A stretch of DNA of 64,000 nt, taken from positions 35,908 to 99,907 of the forward strand of contig JAPOXK010000011.1 in NCBI GenBank assembly GCA_026707145.1, in the 5' to 3' direction. Positions 32,286 to 42,512 of the stretch are shown one piece after another. The notes under the pieces are model-generated. The model ran no database searches and was not told where the DNA came from. It saw only the letters and a program-made list of their open reading frames with translations. The translations under genes were made by a program, and so were the position numbers. How positions within the stretch are numbered: position 1 is the first letter of the stretch; the number at the start of each line of letters is the position of its first letter. The stretch comes from Chloroflexota bacterium. GTDB taxonomy: Bacteria; Chloroflexota; Dehalococcoidia; Bin125.

Positions 32286-32333
32286 GCCGCCTCCACGCCT
32301 GACGCATCGAGCTTGTACCGAGCGGAGACCCTC

Positions 32334-33224
32334 ATGCCAGACGCTTCGACCGCAACCGCCCCCACGCCCCTGCCTGAGATCAAGAAAGTCGCCATCATCG
32401 GCGCCGGCACCATGGGCGCCGGCATCGCCCAGGTCGCCGTGCAGCACGGCTACGCGACCGTCTTGCGCGACATCGACCAGGCGCTGATCGACCGCGGGAT
32501 CGCCACCGTGGAGAAGGGGCTGGGCCGGCTCGTGGACAAAGGGCGGCTCGGCCCCGCCGAGCGCGACGCCGCCCTGGCGCGCCTCGGCGGCGGACTGGAT
32601 CTGGACGCCTTGGCCGACGCCGACCTCGTGCTGGAGGCCGCCAGCGAGCGCCTCGACATCAAGCGCGCCATCTTCGCCGAGCTGGACGAGGCCTGCTCCC
32701 AGGCGCGCGTGCTCGCCAGCAACTCCTCCTCGCTCTCCAACCAGAACCTGGCCGGGGTCACGAAGCGGCCCGGGCGGGTGATCGGCCTGCACTTCTTCAA
32801 CCCCGCGCCCGTGCTGCCGCTGGTCGAGGTGATCGTGCCCTACACGGCCGACGAGGAGGTCGTGGAGCTGGGCGAGCGCTGGGTGCGCAGCCTGGGCAAG
32901 CAGCCCGTGCGGGCCAAGGACACCCCCGGCTTCATCGCCAACCGCCTGCTGGTCCCCTTCATCCTGGACGCCTTCCGCCTGCTGGAGAGCGGCGTGGCCA
33001 GCGCCGAGGACATCGACACCGCCTGCCACGTCGGTTTCAATCACGCCATGGGGCCGCTGGCGACGGCGGACCTGATCGGCCTCGACGTGATGCTCGATAT
33101 CGCCGAGGCGATGCAGGCGGAGCTGCACGAGCCGTCCCTGGCCGCGCCCACCATGCTGCGCCGCTACGTGGAGGCCGGCTGGCTGGGCCGCAAGAGCGGC
33201 CGCGGCGTCTACCGCTACGACTAA
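32334..33224 (+). CDS. hbd: 3-hydroxybutyryl-CoA dehydrogenase (3-hydroxyacyl-CoA dehydrogenase family)
   Basis: IGAGTMGAGIA NAD-binding motif plus the 3HCDH N- and C-terminal domains (GFIANR, HAMGPL). Confidence 0.85.
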   Translation: MPDASTATAPTPLPEIKKVAIIGAGTMGAGIAQVAVQHGYATVLRDIDQALIDRGIATVEKGLGRLVDKGRLGPAERDAALARLGGGLDLDALADADLVLEAASERLDIKRAIFAELDEACSQARVLASNSSSLSNQNLAGVTKRPGRVIGLHFFNPAPVLPLVEVIVPYTADEEVVELGERWVRSLGKQPVRAKDTPGFIANRLLVPFILDAFRLLESGVASAEDIDTACHVGFNHAMGPLATADLIGLDVMLDIAEAMQAELHEPSLAAPTMLRRYVEAGWLGRKSGRGVYRYD

Positions 33225-33778
33225 GGGGTGTGCGAGTCGGTTGCTCTCGCCTCGGGCGCAGCCCGCGCTCTGCGGATGCTCGCGGAAATAACCCGCTTCA
33301 TGCGACGTAAGGGCACTTGGGATCTGGCTGGGCTGTGGAAAACGATTGCTGCGGTAGCAGGGCTGTGGAGAAGTGCCGGGAGGGCCGGGGAAATCGTGGA
33401 AAATTCTGCTGAATACGGCGCGATAGGGCGAAGATGGTGACTGCTCGACGAGGAAACGCGCGCGTCTCTACAGGCCGGAATAGATGGCATTGAATTTATT
33501 GACGTAAAGATTAACGGACGGGCAGTTCGTCCTGGCGAACCTCAGCACGCCGGCGGCCGCGCTCTTCAGGCAGGGCGTGACGATCGCCTGGACGTTCTTG
33601 CCGGTGAATTGCGCTGGGTCGCCTACAACCCCGTCGTGGGGTTGGTGGACTTCTCCATCGCCCTCGCGACCTGCTCTCGGTCGTCTCCCCCCGCGATCAG
33701 ACGCTCGGCGGATAGCGTGCCGATCTAGCATGGCCGGACCGGACATGCCCGTGGCGGGCGGCCCGGAGAGGAGCGCTC

Positions 33779-36700
33779 ATGCGGCTGCCGATCGCGCGCT
33801 GGGCGCTGGTCCTAGCTGGGGCGGCCCTGCTGGTCGCGGCCGCGCTGGACGGACCCGCCCGCCCGCTGCTCGCGCAAGAGTCCGGCGAACCGCTGGAGGA
33901 GGTGGCAACGGATCGGGCTGCCCTGATGGCGCTCTACGCCGCCACGGACGGCCCCAACTGGACGAACGACCACCACTGGGGCAGCGGCGAGCCGCTTGGG
34001 CTCTGGGACGGCGTCACCGCCGATGCCCAGGGCCGCGTCATCCGTCTGATACTTTCTGGCAATAACTTGGTCGGTACCCTGCCGCCCGAGCTGGGCAACC
34101 TCGCGAACTTGCAGCTCCTCTGGCTTGGTCAGAACCAATTGAGCGGGCCGCTGCCATCCGAGTGGGGCCGTCTCATCAACCTCGAGCACTTGGCCTTGGC
34201 GAGGAATCGGTTGATCGGGCCGCTGCCCGGTGCGCTCGGCGACCTTGTCAACTTGGAGCACCTGGACCTCGGCTACAACCAGTTGAGCGGGCCGCTGCCG
34301 CCCGAGTGGGGCCAACTCGCCAGCTTGGAGTACCTGGACCTCAGCTACAACCAGTTGAGCGGGCCGCTGCCGCCCCAATGGGGCCAGCTCACCGCCCTGC
34401 GAAACCTTCAGCTTCACGTCAATCACTTGAATGGCCCGCTGCCGCCCGAGTGGGACCAGCTGACCAACTTGGGTCTCCTTTACGCTGGCGGGAACCGCTT
34501 GACCGGTCCGCTTCCCGCCGAGTGGAGCAAGCTCCCGCGCCTGACCTCTCTCGGGCTGAGCGGGAACCGCTTGACCGGTCCGCTGCCAACCGAATGGAGC
34601 AAGCTCGCCGGCCTCACCAGCCTGGGCTTGGGGGGCAATCAGCTCAGCGGGCCGATCCCGCCGGGGTGGGGCATTCTCTCCAATCTCTACCACCTCAGTC
34701 TCGCTCCGAATCCCGGCTTGAGCGGATGCATCCCGTACGGCTGGCGCTATCTGGTGGCCGGTCCCGATCCCTGGCGGGTCCCCCGCACGCATGACCTCCA
34801 CCGCTTGGCGCTGCCCTTCTGCCTGCTGCGCGATCTGCGACTGCGCGGTACGACCCTCGATCCGCCTTTCGCCGGCGGCACAGCCCCCCACGCTGCCCCC
34901 AGGGCCTACACCGCCGGCGTGGCCGCCAGCATCACCGAGACGGCCGTGACGGCGACGCTCCACGATCCCGCCGACCGTCCGATCATCCGCAGAGGAGGAC
35001 GAACCTACGCCAGCGGCGAGCCACTGCTACTCGACCTGGGACCGAACCGCATCACGATCATGGTCACTCCTGCGGATACCACCTTCCCCATCGCGGAGGT
35101 CGTCGTCGTCACGGTGACGCGCGGGCCGGCCGAGACGCCCGAAGCGCCGGACCCCGCCGACGTGGCAGCGGACCGGGCCGCGCTGCTGGCGCTCTATGAC
35201 CAGACGGACGGGCCGAATTGGACGGCCGACAGCAACTGGGGCAGCGATGCGCCGCTCCGTGATTGGCACGGCGTCACGATCGGCGTCGACGGCCGTGTCG
35301 GCGGCCTGGCGCTTGCGGGCAACAACCTAACGGGAACTCTGCCGTCCGCGCTGGGGGACCTCGGCAGCCTGACGGAGCTGGATCTGGGCGATAACCGATT
35401 GCAGGGGGCGATTCCAGAGGCGCTGGGCAACCTCACCGACTTGGAGTCCCTGTCGCTGGACGGCAACGAGTTGAGCGGGCCGATCCCGGTCCTCCTGCAC
35501 CGCCTCCGTAACCTGCGGGAGCTGGATCTGAGCGGCAATCGCTTCAGCGGAGTGATTCCGGCCTGGGTGGACATGCTCGTCAACCTGACCGACATCAATC
35601 TCGCGGAGAACCGGTTGAGGGGGCTGCTGCCGACCGCGCTGGGCCGCCTCGCCGACTTGGAAACCTTGGACCTCGGCGGCAACCTGTTCTGGGGGCTGCT
35701 GCCGGCCGCGTGGAACGCACTCGCCAACCTGGAGTCCCTCTCCCTTGCCGGTAACCGTTTACGCGGGCCGCTGCCGGCCGCCTGGGGGGAGCTCGTCAAC
35801 CTGGGGGCGCTGGACCTGAGCGGCAACCGCCTGGAGGGGCCCCTGCCGGCCGCGTGGGCTGAACTCACCAATCTGGAGGCCCTCTCGCTTGCCGGCAACG
35901 GCTTCCGCGGGCCGCTGCCGGCCGCCTGGGGGGAGCTCGTCAACCTGGAGGCGCTGGATCTGAGCGGCAACCAGTTGGAAGGACCCCTGCCACCCTGGCT
36001 GGGCGCTCTCGCCGATCTGGAGGTCTTGGACCTCAGCAACAACCGCTTGTACGGGCCGATCCCGGCTTCGTTGGGCAACCTCACCGGCTTGTGGTCTCTC
36101 TCCCTCGCCGAAAACCGCCTGGGTGGGCCCGTCCCGGCCGCGCTGGGCGATCTCAGCGGTCTCCGGTTCATCCGCCTCGCGGGCAACGCCCTGCAGGGGT
36201 GTCTGCCCTACGGTCTCCACGATCTGCTGGCTGCGCCGGAGCACGCGGGCCTCCCGGCCCACGACTTCTCCGCCCTGCGCCTGCCCTTCTGCCTGCTGCG
36301 CGATCTGCGGCTGGCGGACGCCACGCTGGAGTCGCCCTTCGCCGCCGACAGGGGCACCTACATCGCCGCCGTGAATCGCAGTGTGACGGAGGCGGCCCTG
36401 ATGGTGACCCTGCAGAACGCCAACGACGCCGTCACCATTCACAAGGGAGGGGAGAGCTACAGCAACGGTGCGCCGCTGCCGCTCGACCTGGGGCCGAATC
36501 GCATCACCATCACCGTCATCCCCGTGGACGGCACACCGCTGCAGAACGTCACCGTGACGCTGATCCGCTTGGCCACCGATCCGATCAGCCTGGACCTGCG
36601 GGCGGGCGGCGATCTCGTCGTCGTGCCGGCCGGGGCGGCCACGACAGCGGCCGATCTGTTCGGGGAGACGGACGTGGCCAGCGTCTGGAAATACACCCGC

Positions 36701-37423
36701 GCCACCCGGGCCTGGGACCGCTCCTACCTGCCCGCCCTCGAGACGGGGGACTTCCCCATCGTCGGCGGCGACGTGCTCTGGGTCGTCTCCCCGGTGGAGC
36801 AGACGCTGCCGGTGGCGGGGAGGCCGCCTCCGGCGTCGCCCGTCGCCGGCCCCATCACCTTGGATCTGCAGGCGGGCGGCGACCTGGTGGTCGTGCCGGC
36901 GGGGACGCCCACGACCGCGGCTGCGCTCTTCGACGGTACGGACGTGGCAGTCGTCTGGCAGTACAACCGGGCCACCCGCGCTTGGGACCGCGCCTATCTG
37001 CCCGCTCTCGGGACGGGGGACTTCCCCATCGCCCCTGGCGACGTGCTCTGGGTGGTGGCGCCGCGCGCCCTCACCGTCACCGCAGGAGCGCCCGCCGCCG
37101 CGGTGACGGGACGCGTCTACTTCGGCGGCGGGGAGGTGACCCTGCCGGAGGGCGCCGTCGTGACCGTGCGGCTGCTGGACACTTCCCTCGCCGATGCCCC
37201 GTCGACGACCCTCGGCGAGCAGATCATCCGGGACGCGGGGAGGCTGCCGCTGGCGTTCCGCGTCGGCTACGACCCAGCCGCCATCATGGAGGGCTACGAG
37301 TACTCCCTGCAGGCCACCGTCCGCCATGACGGCCGCCTGCTCTACATCAACGACACGGTGCACCCGGTGCTGACGCGCGGCGCTCCTCGGAACCGCGACA
37401 TCGAAGTCATCCGCGTGCAGTAG
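33779..37423 (+). CDS. giant secreted LRR + cadherin-like protein with two C-terminal GWNLV-type modules and a YbaY-like tail
   Basis: Signal peptide, then two tandem units of LRRNT-like cap (DRAALMALY..DGPNW), ~12 plant-type 24-aa LRRs (LxxLxLxxNxLSGPLP) and a Cys-containing C-cap (GCIPYG...LPFCLLRDL) followed by a cadherin-like beta sandwich. Two shared modules and a YbaY-like domain end the protein. Confidence 0.85.
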   Translation: MRLPIARWALVLAGAALLVAAALDGPARPLLAQESGEPLEEVATDRAALMALYAATDGPNWTNDHHWGSGEPLGLWDGVTADAQGRVIRLILSGNNLVGTLPPELGNLANLQLLWLGQNQLSGPLPSEWGRLINLEHLALARNRLIGPLPGALGDLVNLEHLDLGYNQLSGPLPPEWGQLASLEYLDLSYNQLSGPLPPQWGQLTALRNLQLHVNHLNGPLPPEWDQLTNLGLLYAGGNRLTGPLPAEWSKLPRLTSLGLSGNRLTGPLPTEWSKLAGLTSLGLGGNQLSGPIPPGWGILSNLYHLSLAPNPGLSGCIPYGWRYLVAGPDPWRVPRTHDLHRLALPFCLLRDLRLRGTTLDPPFAGGTAPHAAPRAYTAGVAASITETAVTATLHDPADRPIIRRGGRTYASGEPLLLDLGPNRITIMVTPADTTFPIAEVVVVTVTRGPAETPEAPDPADVAADRAALLALYDQTDGPNWTADSNWGSDAPLRDWHGVTIGVDGRVGGLALAGNNLTGTLPSALGDLGSLTELDLGDNRLQGAIPEALGNLTDLESLSLDGNELSGPIPVLLHRLRNLRELDLSGNRFSGVIPAWVDMLVNLTDINLAENRLRGLLPTALGRLADLETLDLGGNLFWGLLPAAWNALANLESLSLAGNRLRGPLPAAWGELVNLGALDLSGNRLEGPLPAAWAELTNLEALSLAGNGFRGPLPAAWGELVNLEALDLSGNQLEGPLPPWLGALADLEVLDLSNNRLYGPIPASLGNLTGLWSLSLAENRLGGPVPAALGDLSGLRFIRLAGNALQGCLPYGLHDLLAAPEHAGLPAHDFSALRLPFCLLRDLRLADATLESPFAADRGTYIAAVNRSVTEAALMVTLQNANDAVTIHKGGESYSNGAPLPLDLGPNRITITVIPVDGTPLQNVTVTLIRLATDPISLDLRAGGDLVVVPAGAATTAADLFGETDVASVWKYTRATRAWDRSYLPALETGDFPIVGGDVLWVVSPVEQTLPVAGRPPPASPVAGPITLDLQAGGDLVVVPAGTPTTAAALFDGTDVAVVWQYNRATRAWDRAYLPALGTGDFPIAPGDVLWVVAPRALTVTAGAPAAAVTGRVYFGGGEVTLPEGAVVTVRLLDTSLADAPSTTLGEQIIRDAGRLPLAFRVGYDPAAIMEGYEYSLQATVRHDGRLLYINDTVHPVLTRGAPRNRDIEVIRVQ

Positions 37424-37566
37424 CGGGCATGCCGCCGACCGTCGGCCAGCCTCTTCGGCGAACATGGCAGTGACGGTCGTGTGGAGGTACGGCCGGGCCA
37501 CGCAGGCCCCGGCGATCACCGACCAAGGTACGCACGAGAACACAAGCGAGCGCCCGTTGGCCTAGC

Positions 37567-38310
37567 ATGGCCGGGCCTGCGGGCCGGACGTGGCGAGTGG
37601 AGGAGCATGCGATGTCACGCGGACTCGGCGACGGAGCTTCCCAGAGAGATTTCCAGCGAGGCGGGGCCTGGGAGCGGCTGCGGCCCCGGCGCGCCGTCGC
37701 CCGCTGGGCTGCGGCCCTGGCCGGCATGGCGCTGCTGATCGCCGCCGCCTTGGCCGGACCCGCGGCGCTGTTCGCGCAGGAGGACGGCGGCGAGACGGAG
37801 GCGGCGGGCAGCGTCACCGTGATCCTGCACCCCGTCGGCGACTTTTACGTGCTGCCGGCCAGCGCGGCGCCCACGACGGCGTCCGCCCTCTTCGGGGACG
37901 TGGAGCTGTCGAGCCTCTGGAAGCATAGGACCGGCCGGGACTGGATCGCGTACGATCCCGCCACCGGCGCGGAGGACTTCTCCATCGCGGGCGGGGACCT
38001 GCTCTGGATCGTGGTCCCCCGCCTCCAGGAGATCATCGTGCCGCTGACGGAGAGCCCCGTCCCGCCCATCCACAGCATTACCCTGACCCTGCGCGCGGGC
38101 GGCGGCTTCTACCGTGTGCCGGAGGGATCGCCCACGACGGCGGCCCTCCTCTTCGGAGGCACGGACGTGACGGTCGTCTGGGGCTACAACAGCGTCTCGC
38201 GGGCATGGGACCGCTCCTATGACCCGGTCCAAAACCAGGGCAATTTCGTGATCGAAGCCGACGACCTCCTCTGGATCGAGGCGCCGCGGGCCCAGACCGT
38301 CGGCGGCTAG
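37567..38310 (+). CDS. small secreted protein composed only of two GWNLV-type modules
   Basis: Signal peptide plus two tandem copies of the module (VPAG.PTTAA.LFG...VW.Y......WD.SY.P......F.I..GD.LW), ending QTVGG. Alternative start at 37612. Confidence 0.7.
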   Translation: MAGPAGRTWRVEEHAMSRGLGDGASQRDFQRGGAWERLRPRRAVARWAAALAGMALLIAAALAGPAALFAQEDGGETEAAGSVTVILHPVGDFYVLPASAAPTTASALFGDVELSSLWKHRTGRDWIAYDPATGAEDFSIAGGDLLWIVVPRLQEIIVPLTESPVPPIHSITLTLRAGGGFYRVPEGSPTTAALLFGGTDVTVVWGYNSVSRAWDRSYDPVQNQGNFVIEADDLLWIEAPRAQTVGG

Positions 38311-38317
38311 ACTCACG

Positions 38318-41300
38318 GTGCTCCCATGGCGATCATGGCAAGCCGGGACGGGTGCGATGCGGCACGGACGCAGCGACGCGAAGGGCCGTGGCAGGGACGG
38401 CGTCCCCTGGGCGCGGCTCTCCAGCGCGCGCCTGGTGTTGGTCCTGGCGGCTCTGGCCCTGCTGATCGGGGCCGCGCTGGCCGGCCCTGCCCGCCCCCTG
38501 CGCGCGCAGGAGGCCTCCGGCACGGCGGCGACGGACCGGGCCGCCCTGATGGCGCTCTACGAGGCCACGGGCGGCGCTCGCTGGACGGTCAATCACAACT
38601 GGGGCAGCAGCGCGCCGCTCGGCACCTGGCACGGCGTCACGGTCTCCGTCCAGGGCCGGGTCACCCATCTCTCGCTCTTTGCCAACAACCTGATCGGGGG
38701 CGTGCCGGACGAGCTGGGCAACCTCGACGCCCTGACCTATCTCTCGCTGGAGGAGAATCGCTTGCGCGGCCCCATTCCCGCCGCGCTGGGCGACCTCACC
38801 GCCTTGGAGTCCCTGGCCCTGGGCGGCAACGGCTTGAACCGGGAGATCCCGGACGCCTTGGGCCGCCTCACCCGCCTGCAACTGCTGTCGCTGGCCGATA
38901 ACCTCCTGCGGGGGCCGCTGCCGGACTGGCTCGGCGATCTGACCGATCTCCAGTACCTGGCGCTGGACTCCAACGATCTCAGCGGGCCGCTGCCGGCGGC
39001 CCTGGGCGGCCTCACCGAACTGCGGGAGATCGATCTGGGCGATAACCGCTTGAGCGGGGAGATCCCGGCCACGTTCGGCAACCTCGCCGAGCTGCGGTAC
39101 CTGGCGCTGGACTCCAACCAGCTCAGCGGGGGGATTCCGGCGGCCCTGGGCGGCCTCGCCAACCTGGAGGATCTGCACCTGGACGGCAACCGCCTGACCG
39201 GGCCGATCCCGGCGGCGCTGGGCGGCCTCCCCCACCTCTACACGCTGCGCCTGCAGGGCAACAGCTTGAGCGGGGGGATTCCGGCGGCGCTGGGCGGCCT
39301 CGTCAACCTGCAGCAGCTTTGGCTGGGGCGGAACCAGTTCAGCGGGCCGCTGCCGGCGGCGCTGGGCGGCCTCGCCAACCTCACGGAGCTGCGCCTGGAG
39401 AGCAACCGCCTGAGCGGGGGGATTCCGGCGGCCCTGGGCGGCCTCGCCAGCCTGGCGGCGCTCGACCTGGGCGGCAACCGCTTGGAGGGGACGATCCCGC
39501 GCGCGCTGGACGATCTCTCCAGCCTGGAGTTCATCCGCCTCACGCCCAACGCCGTGTTCACGGGCTGCATCCCCCACGGCCTGCGCGCCCTGCTGGCCGT
39601 CCCCGTGCCCGAGGGCGCCCCCGCGGCCCATGATTTCTCCTCCCTGATCCTGCCCTTCTGCCTCCTGCGCGACCTCCAGTTCAGCGACGTGACCCTCGAA
39701 CCGCCCTTCACCGGCGGCACGACCCCCTTCATCGCCGTGACGAATCCGGCCGCCGCCTACAGCGCCGCCGTGCCCGGCAGCGTCACGGAGACGGTCGTGA
39801 CGGCGGCCCTCTACGATCCCCGCGACGAGATCACCATCCACCTGGCCGGGACGATCTACGCCAGCGGCGACACGCTGCCGCTCAGCCCGGGGCCGAACCG
39901 CATCACCATCGAGGTCGCGCCCGCGGACGAGGCCCTCCCGATCCCGGAGTTCGTGGTCGTGACGCTGACGCGCGGGACGGACGCGCATCCGGTCCCGCCC
40001 GATCACGGCGGCGAGGCGGCCGACCGGGCCGCGCTGCTGGCGCTTTACGCCGCCACGGACGGCCCCAACTGGTCGGCCGGCGACAACTGGGGCAGCGACG
40101 CGCCGCTCGGGAGCTGGCAGGGCGTCACCACGGCGGCCGACGGCCGCGTGATCAGCCTGACTCTGGCGCACAACAACCTGACGGGGACCCTGCCGGCCGC
40201 CCTGGGCGACCTCGCCGATCTGACGGAGCTGGATCTGAGCGGCAACCGCTTGAGCGGATCGCTGCCGCCGGCGCTGGGCGGCCTCCGCAACCTGGAGGAG
40301 CTGGACCTGCACGACAACCGCTTGAGCGGATCGCTGCCGGCGGCGCTCGGCGGCCTCGTCAATCTGGAGACGCTGGACCTGGGGGGCAACCGGCTGAGCG
40401 GGGCGATTCCGGCGACCGTGGGCGCCCTCGTCGATCTGGAGACGCTGGACCTGCACGGCAACCGCCTGCGCGGGCCGCTGCCGCCGGCCCTGGTCGGCCT
40501 CACCGATCTGGAGGAGCTGGACCTGGGCGGCAACCGCCTGCGCGGGCCGCTGCCGCCCGCCCTGGGCGATCTCACCGATCTGGAGGAGCTGGACCTGGGC
40601 GGCAACCGCCTGGACGGGTCGCTGCCGGCCGCGTGGAGCGATCTCACCGATCTGGAGGAGCTGGACCTGGGCGGCAACCGCCTGGACGGGCCGCTGCCGC
40701 CCTGGCTGGGCGACCTGGCCCATCTGGAGCGGCTGGACCTGCGCGACAATCGCTTCCGGGGGCCGCTGCCGGCCGCCCTGGGCGGCCTCGCCGACCTGCG
40801 GATCATCCACCTGGCGGGCAACGCCCTCAGCGGCTGCATCCCCCACGGCCTGCGCGCCCTGCCGGCGACGGCCGGGGGCGAGCCGGCCCACGACCTGTCC
40901 GATCTGGGTTTGCCCTTCTGCCTGCTGCGCGATCTGGAGCTGACGGGCGCCACCCTGGATCCTCCCTTCAGCGCCGCGGGCGAGGCCTACAGCGCCGCCG
41001 TGGGCCGCAGCGTGACCGAGACGGTCCTGACGGCGGTCCTGCACGACGACGGCGACGCCGTCACCATCCGCACGGGCGGGCAGGACTACGCCAGCGGCGA
41101 CGCCCTGCCCCTCGACCTGGGCGCCAATCCCATCACGGTCACCGTCGTTCCCGCGGACGGCACGCGCGCGCAGACCGTCACCGTCACGGTGACCCGCCTG
41201 ACCGTCGATCCGATCACCCTGCACCTGCGCGAGGGCGGCGACCTCGTGCCCGTGCCGGCGGGGGCGGCCACGACGGCGGCCGCCCTCTTCGGGGGCGCGG

Positions 41301-41446
41301 AGGTCTCCAGCGCCTGGCGGTACAACCGGGAGACGCGGCGCTGGGATTTCCCCTACCTGCCGGCCAGCGACCGGGGCAGCTTCCCCATCGCGGCCGGCGA
41401 CGTGCTCTGGGTGGTGGCGCCCCGCGCCCAGACGGTCGGCGGCTGA
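38318..41446 (+). CDS. giant secreted LRR + cadherin-like protein, paralog, with C-terminal GWNLV-type module
   Basis: Same duplicated LRRNT-LRR-Ccap-cadherin architecture as 33779..37423. One C-terminal module ending QTVGG. GTG start 7 nt after the upstream stop (alternative ATG at 38357). Confidence 0.85.
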   Translation: MLPWRSWQAGTGAMRHGRSDAKGRGRDGVPWARLSSARLVLVLAALALLIGAALAGPARPLRAQEASGTAATDRAALMALYEATGGARWTVNHNWGSSAPLGTWHGVTVSVQGRVTHLSLFANNLIGGVPDELGNLDALTYLSLEENRLRGPIPAALGDLTALESLALGGNGLNREIPDALGRLTRLQLLSLADNLLRGPLPDWLGDLTDLQYLALDSNDLSGPLPAALGGLTELREIDLGDNRLSGEIPATFGNLAELRYLALDSNQLSGGIPAALGGLANLEDLHLDGNRLTGPIPAALGGLPHLYTLRLQGNSLSGGIPAALGGLVNLQQLWLGRNQFSGPLPAALGGLANLTELRLESNRLSGGIPAALGGLASLAALDLGGNRLEGTIPRALDDLSSLEFIRLTPNAVFTGCIPHGLRALLAVPVPEGAPAAHDFSSLILPFCLLRDLQFSDVTLEPPFTGGTTPFIAVTNPAAAYSAAVPGSVTETVVTAALYDPRDEITIHLAGTIYASGDTLPLSPGPNRITIEVAPADEALPIPEFVVVTLTRGTDAHPVPPDHGGEAADRAALLALYAATDGPNWSAGDNWGSDAPLGSWQGVTTAADGRVISLTLAHNNLTGTLPAALGDLADLTELDLSGNRLSGSLPPALGGLRNLEELDLHDNRLSGSLPAALGGLVNLETLDLGGNRLSGAIPATVGALVDLETLDLHGNRLRGPLPPALVGLTDLEELDLGGNRLRGPLPPALGDLTDLEELDLGGNRLDGSLPAAWSDLTDLEELDLGGNRLDGPLPPWLGDLAHLERLDLRDNRFRGPLPAALGGLADLRIIHLAGNALSGCIPHGLRALPATAGGEPAHDLSDLGLPFCLLRDLELTGATLDPPFSAAGEAYSAAVGRSVTETVLTAVLHDDGDAVTIRTGGQDYASGDALPLDLGANPITVTVVPADGTRAQTVTVTVTRLTVDPITLHLREGGDLVPVPAGAATTAAALFGGAEVSSAWRYNRETRRWDFPYLPASDRGSFPIAAGDVLWVVAPRAQTVGG
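40440..40740 (+). repeat. near-identical 72-bp in-frame tandem repeats (LRR units) inside LRR gene
   Basis: ctggaggagctggacctgggcggcaaccgcctg(c/g)gcgggccgctgccgcc recurs four or more times with a 72-bp period (one 24-aa LRR each). Confidence 0.7.
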
Positions 41447-41639
41447 GGCCGCCCTGCCACGCCCCCGATCCACGCCGGATCGGGCGCGAATGTGCTATCT
41501 TTCCGCTGTACGCAGATACGCGCTTCGGTCGATGGCCCCGCTTCGCCGGACCGGCCAAGGGAGTGGGAGGCGCGTCATGGCGAAGACCAGCACCCCGTTC
41601 ACGGACGCGCGCCGCGCTGCCCCGCCGAAGGTGTAGCCG

Positions 41640-42206
41640 ATGCGCCGCGCCAAGATCGCCACGGCTCTCTTGGTCGCCCTCCTGGCCGTCCTCGCCTCGA
41701 CGGCGGCCCTGGCCGCCAACACCGGCGGCGCCTCCGACGGCGACGGCGACCCCGCGATCATCGACGCCGACTGCCTCGCCTGGCGGGTCGCCTACACCAA
41801 CGCGGCCGTCGGCCGCGACGGCTCGGTCGACTTCGAGCTCTACGAGGCGGCCCTGGCCTTCCGCGACAGCCTCTGCGACCAGACCTCCTACCCGATCTTC
41901 GAGAACGTGCGCGGCCCCGACTGCCTGGGCGCGGACGTGCATGTGCGCATCACCCACGACAACCCGGGCCAGGTCCGCGCGGACGGGCGCCCCGTCGCCC
42001 CGGTCTGGTCCGTCCGCATCGCGCCCTGGGACCCGGATCGCTTCGGCGGCGCGGGCGGCAGCGTCTTCAACTTCTGGCAGGGCTTCCAGGGCCGCGACGC
42101 CGAGCACTTCGCCCGCGCCCTGGCCGGGCGGGTCGCCGAGAACCTGCGATCGCAGGGCTTCACCGTCGCCCACTTCGCCTACGAGGCGGGCCTTCCCCAG
42201 GGCTGA
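41640..42206 (+). CDS. secreted hypothetical protein
   Basis: Signal peptide MRRAKIATALLVALLAVLASTAALA, 188 aa. Last gene of the LRR operon. Confidence 0.55.
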   Translation: MRRAKIATALLVALLAVLASTAALAANTGGASDGDGDPAIIDADCLAWRVAYTNAAVGRDGSVDFELYEAALAFRDSLCDQTSYPIFENVRGPDCLGADVHVRITHDNPGQVRADGRPVAPVWSVRIAPWDPDRFGGAGGSVFNFWQGFQGRDAEHFARALAGRVAENLRSQGFTVAHFAYEAGLPQG

Positions 42207-42443
42207 GGCGCGCTGAGGCCCTTCCCCGCGCCCATCCCGGCGGCTCGCGCGCGATCTTCACGGACGCCGGATACGACGGCCGGGTGCGGGAGATCGCGCG
42301 GGGGATGTGCGGGAAGCGATTACGGTATCAAGAGTTGGATCGCCGAGCTCGACGGGTAGTGCGACTGGAACCGTGAGGAGATGGCGTGAGACGGGAAAAT
42401 CAGCCCCGAGTCATGCTGGGACGCCGGCCGTGACGCCTTTCTG

Positions 42444-42471
42444 TTGACGGAAACCGCACTTCCGTTATTGT
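42444..42471 (+). promoter_or_regulatory. sigma70-like promoter (TTGACG-N16-TATTGT) with embedded inverted repeat ACGGAA-N7-TTCCGT
   Basis: Read directly: ttgACGGAAaccgcacTTCCGTtattgt, about 40 nt upstream of the 42513 ORF. Confidence 0.35.
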
Positions 42472-42512
42472 GCCCGCGCTACGATCCCGCACAAGCATGC
42501 ATATATAGGTAG

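Noticed and set aside
38318-41446. Possible CRISPR array or non-coding repeat suggested by highly regular repeats
   Set aside because: The period is 72 bp, in frame, and encodes canonical 24-aa LRR units inside a continuous ORF with signal peptide. There are no spacer-like unique segments.
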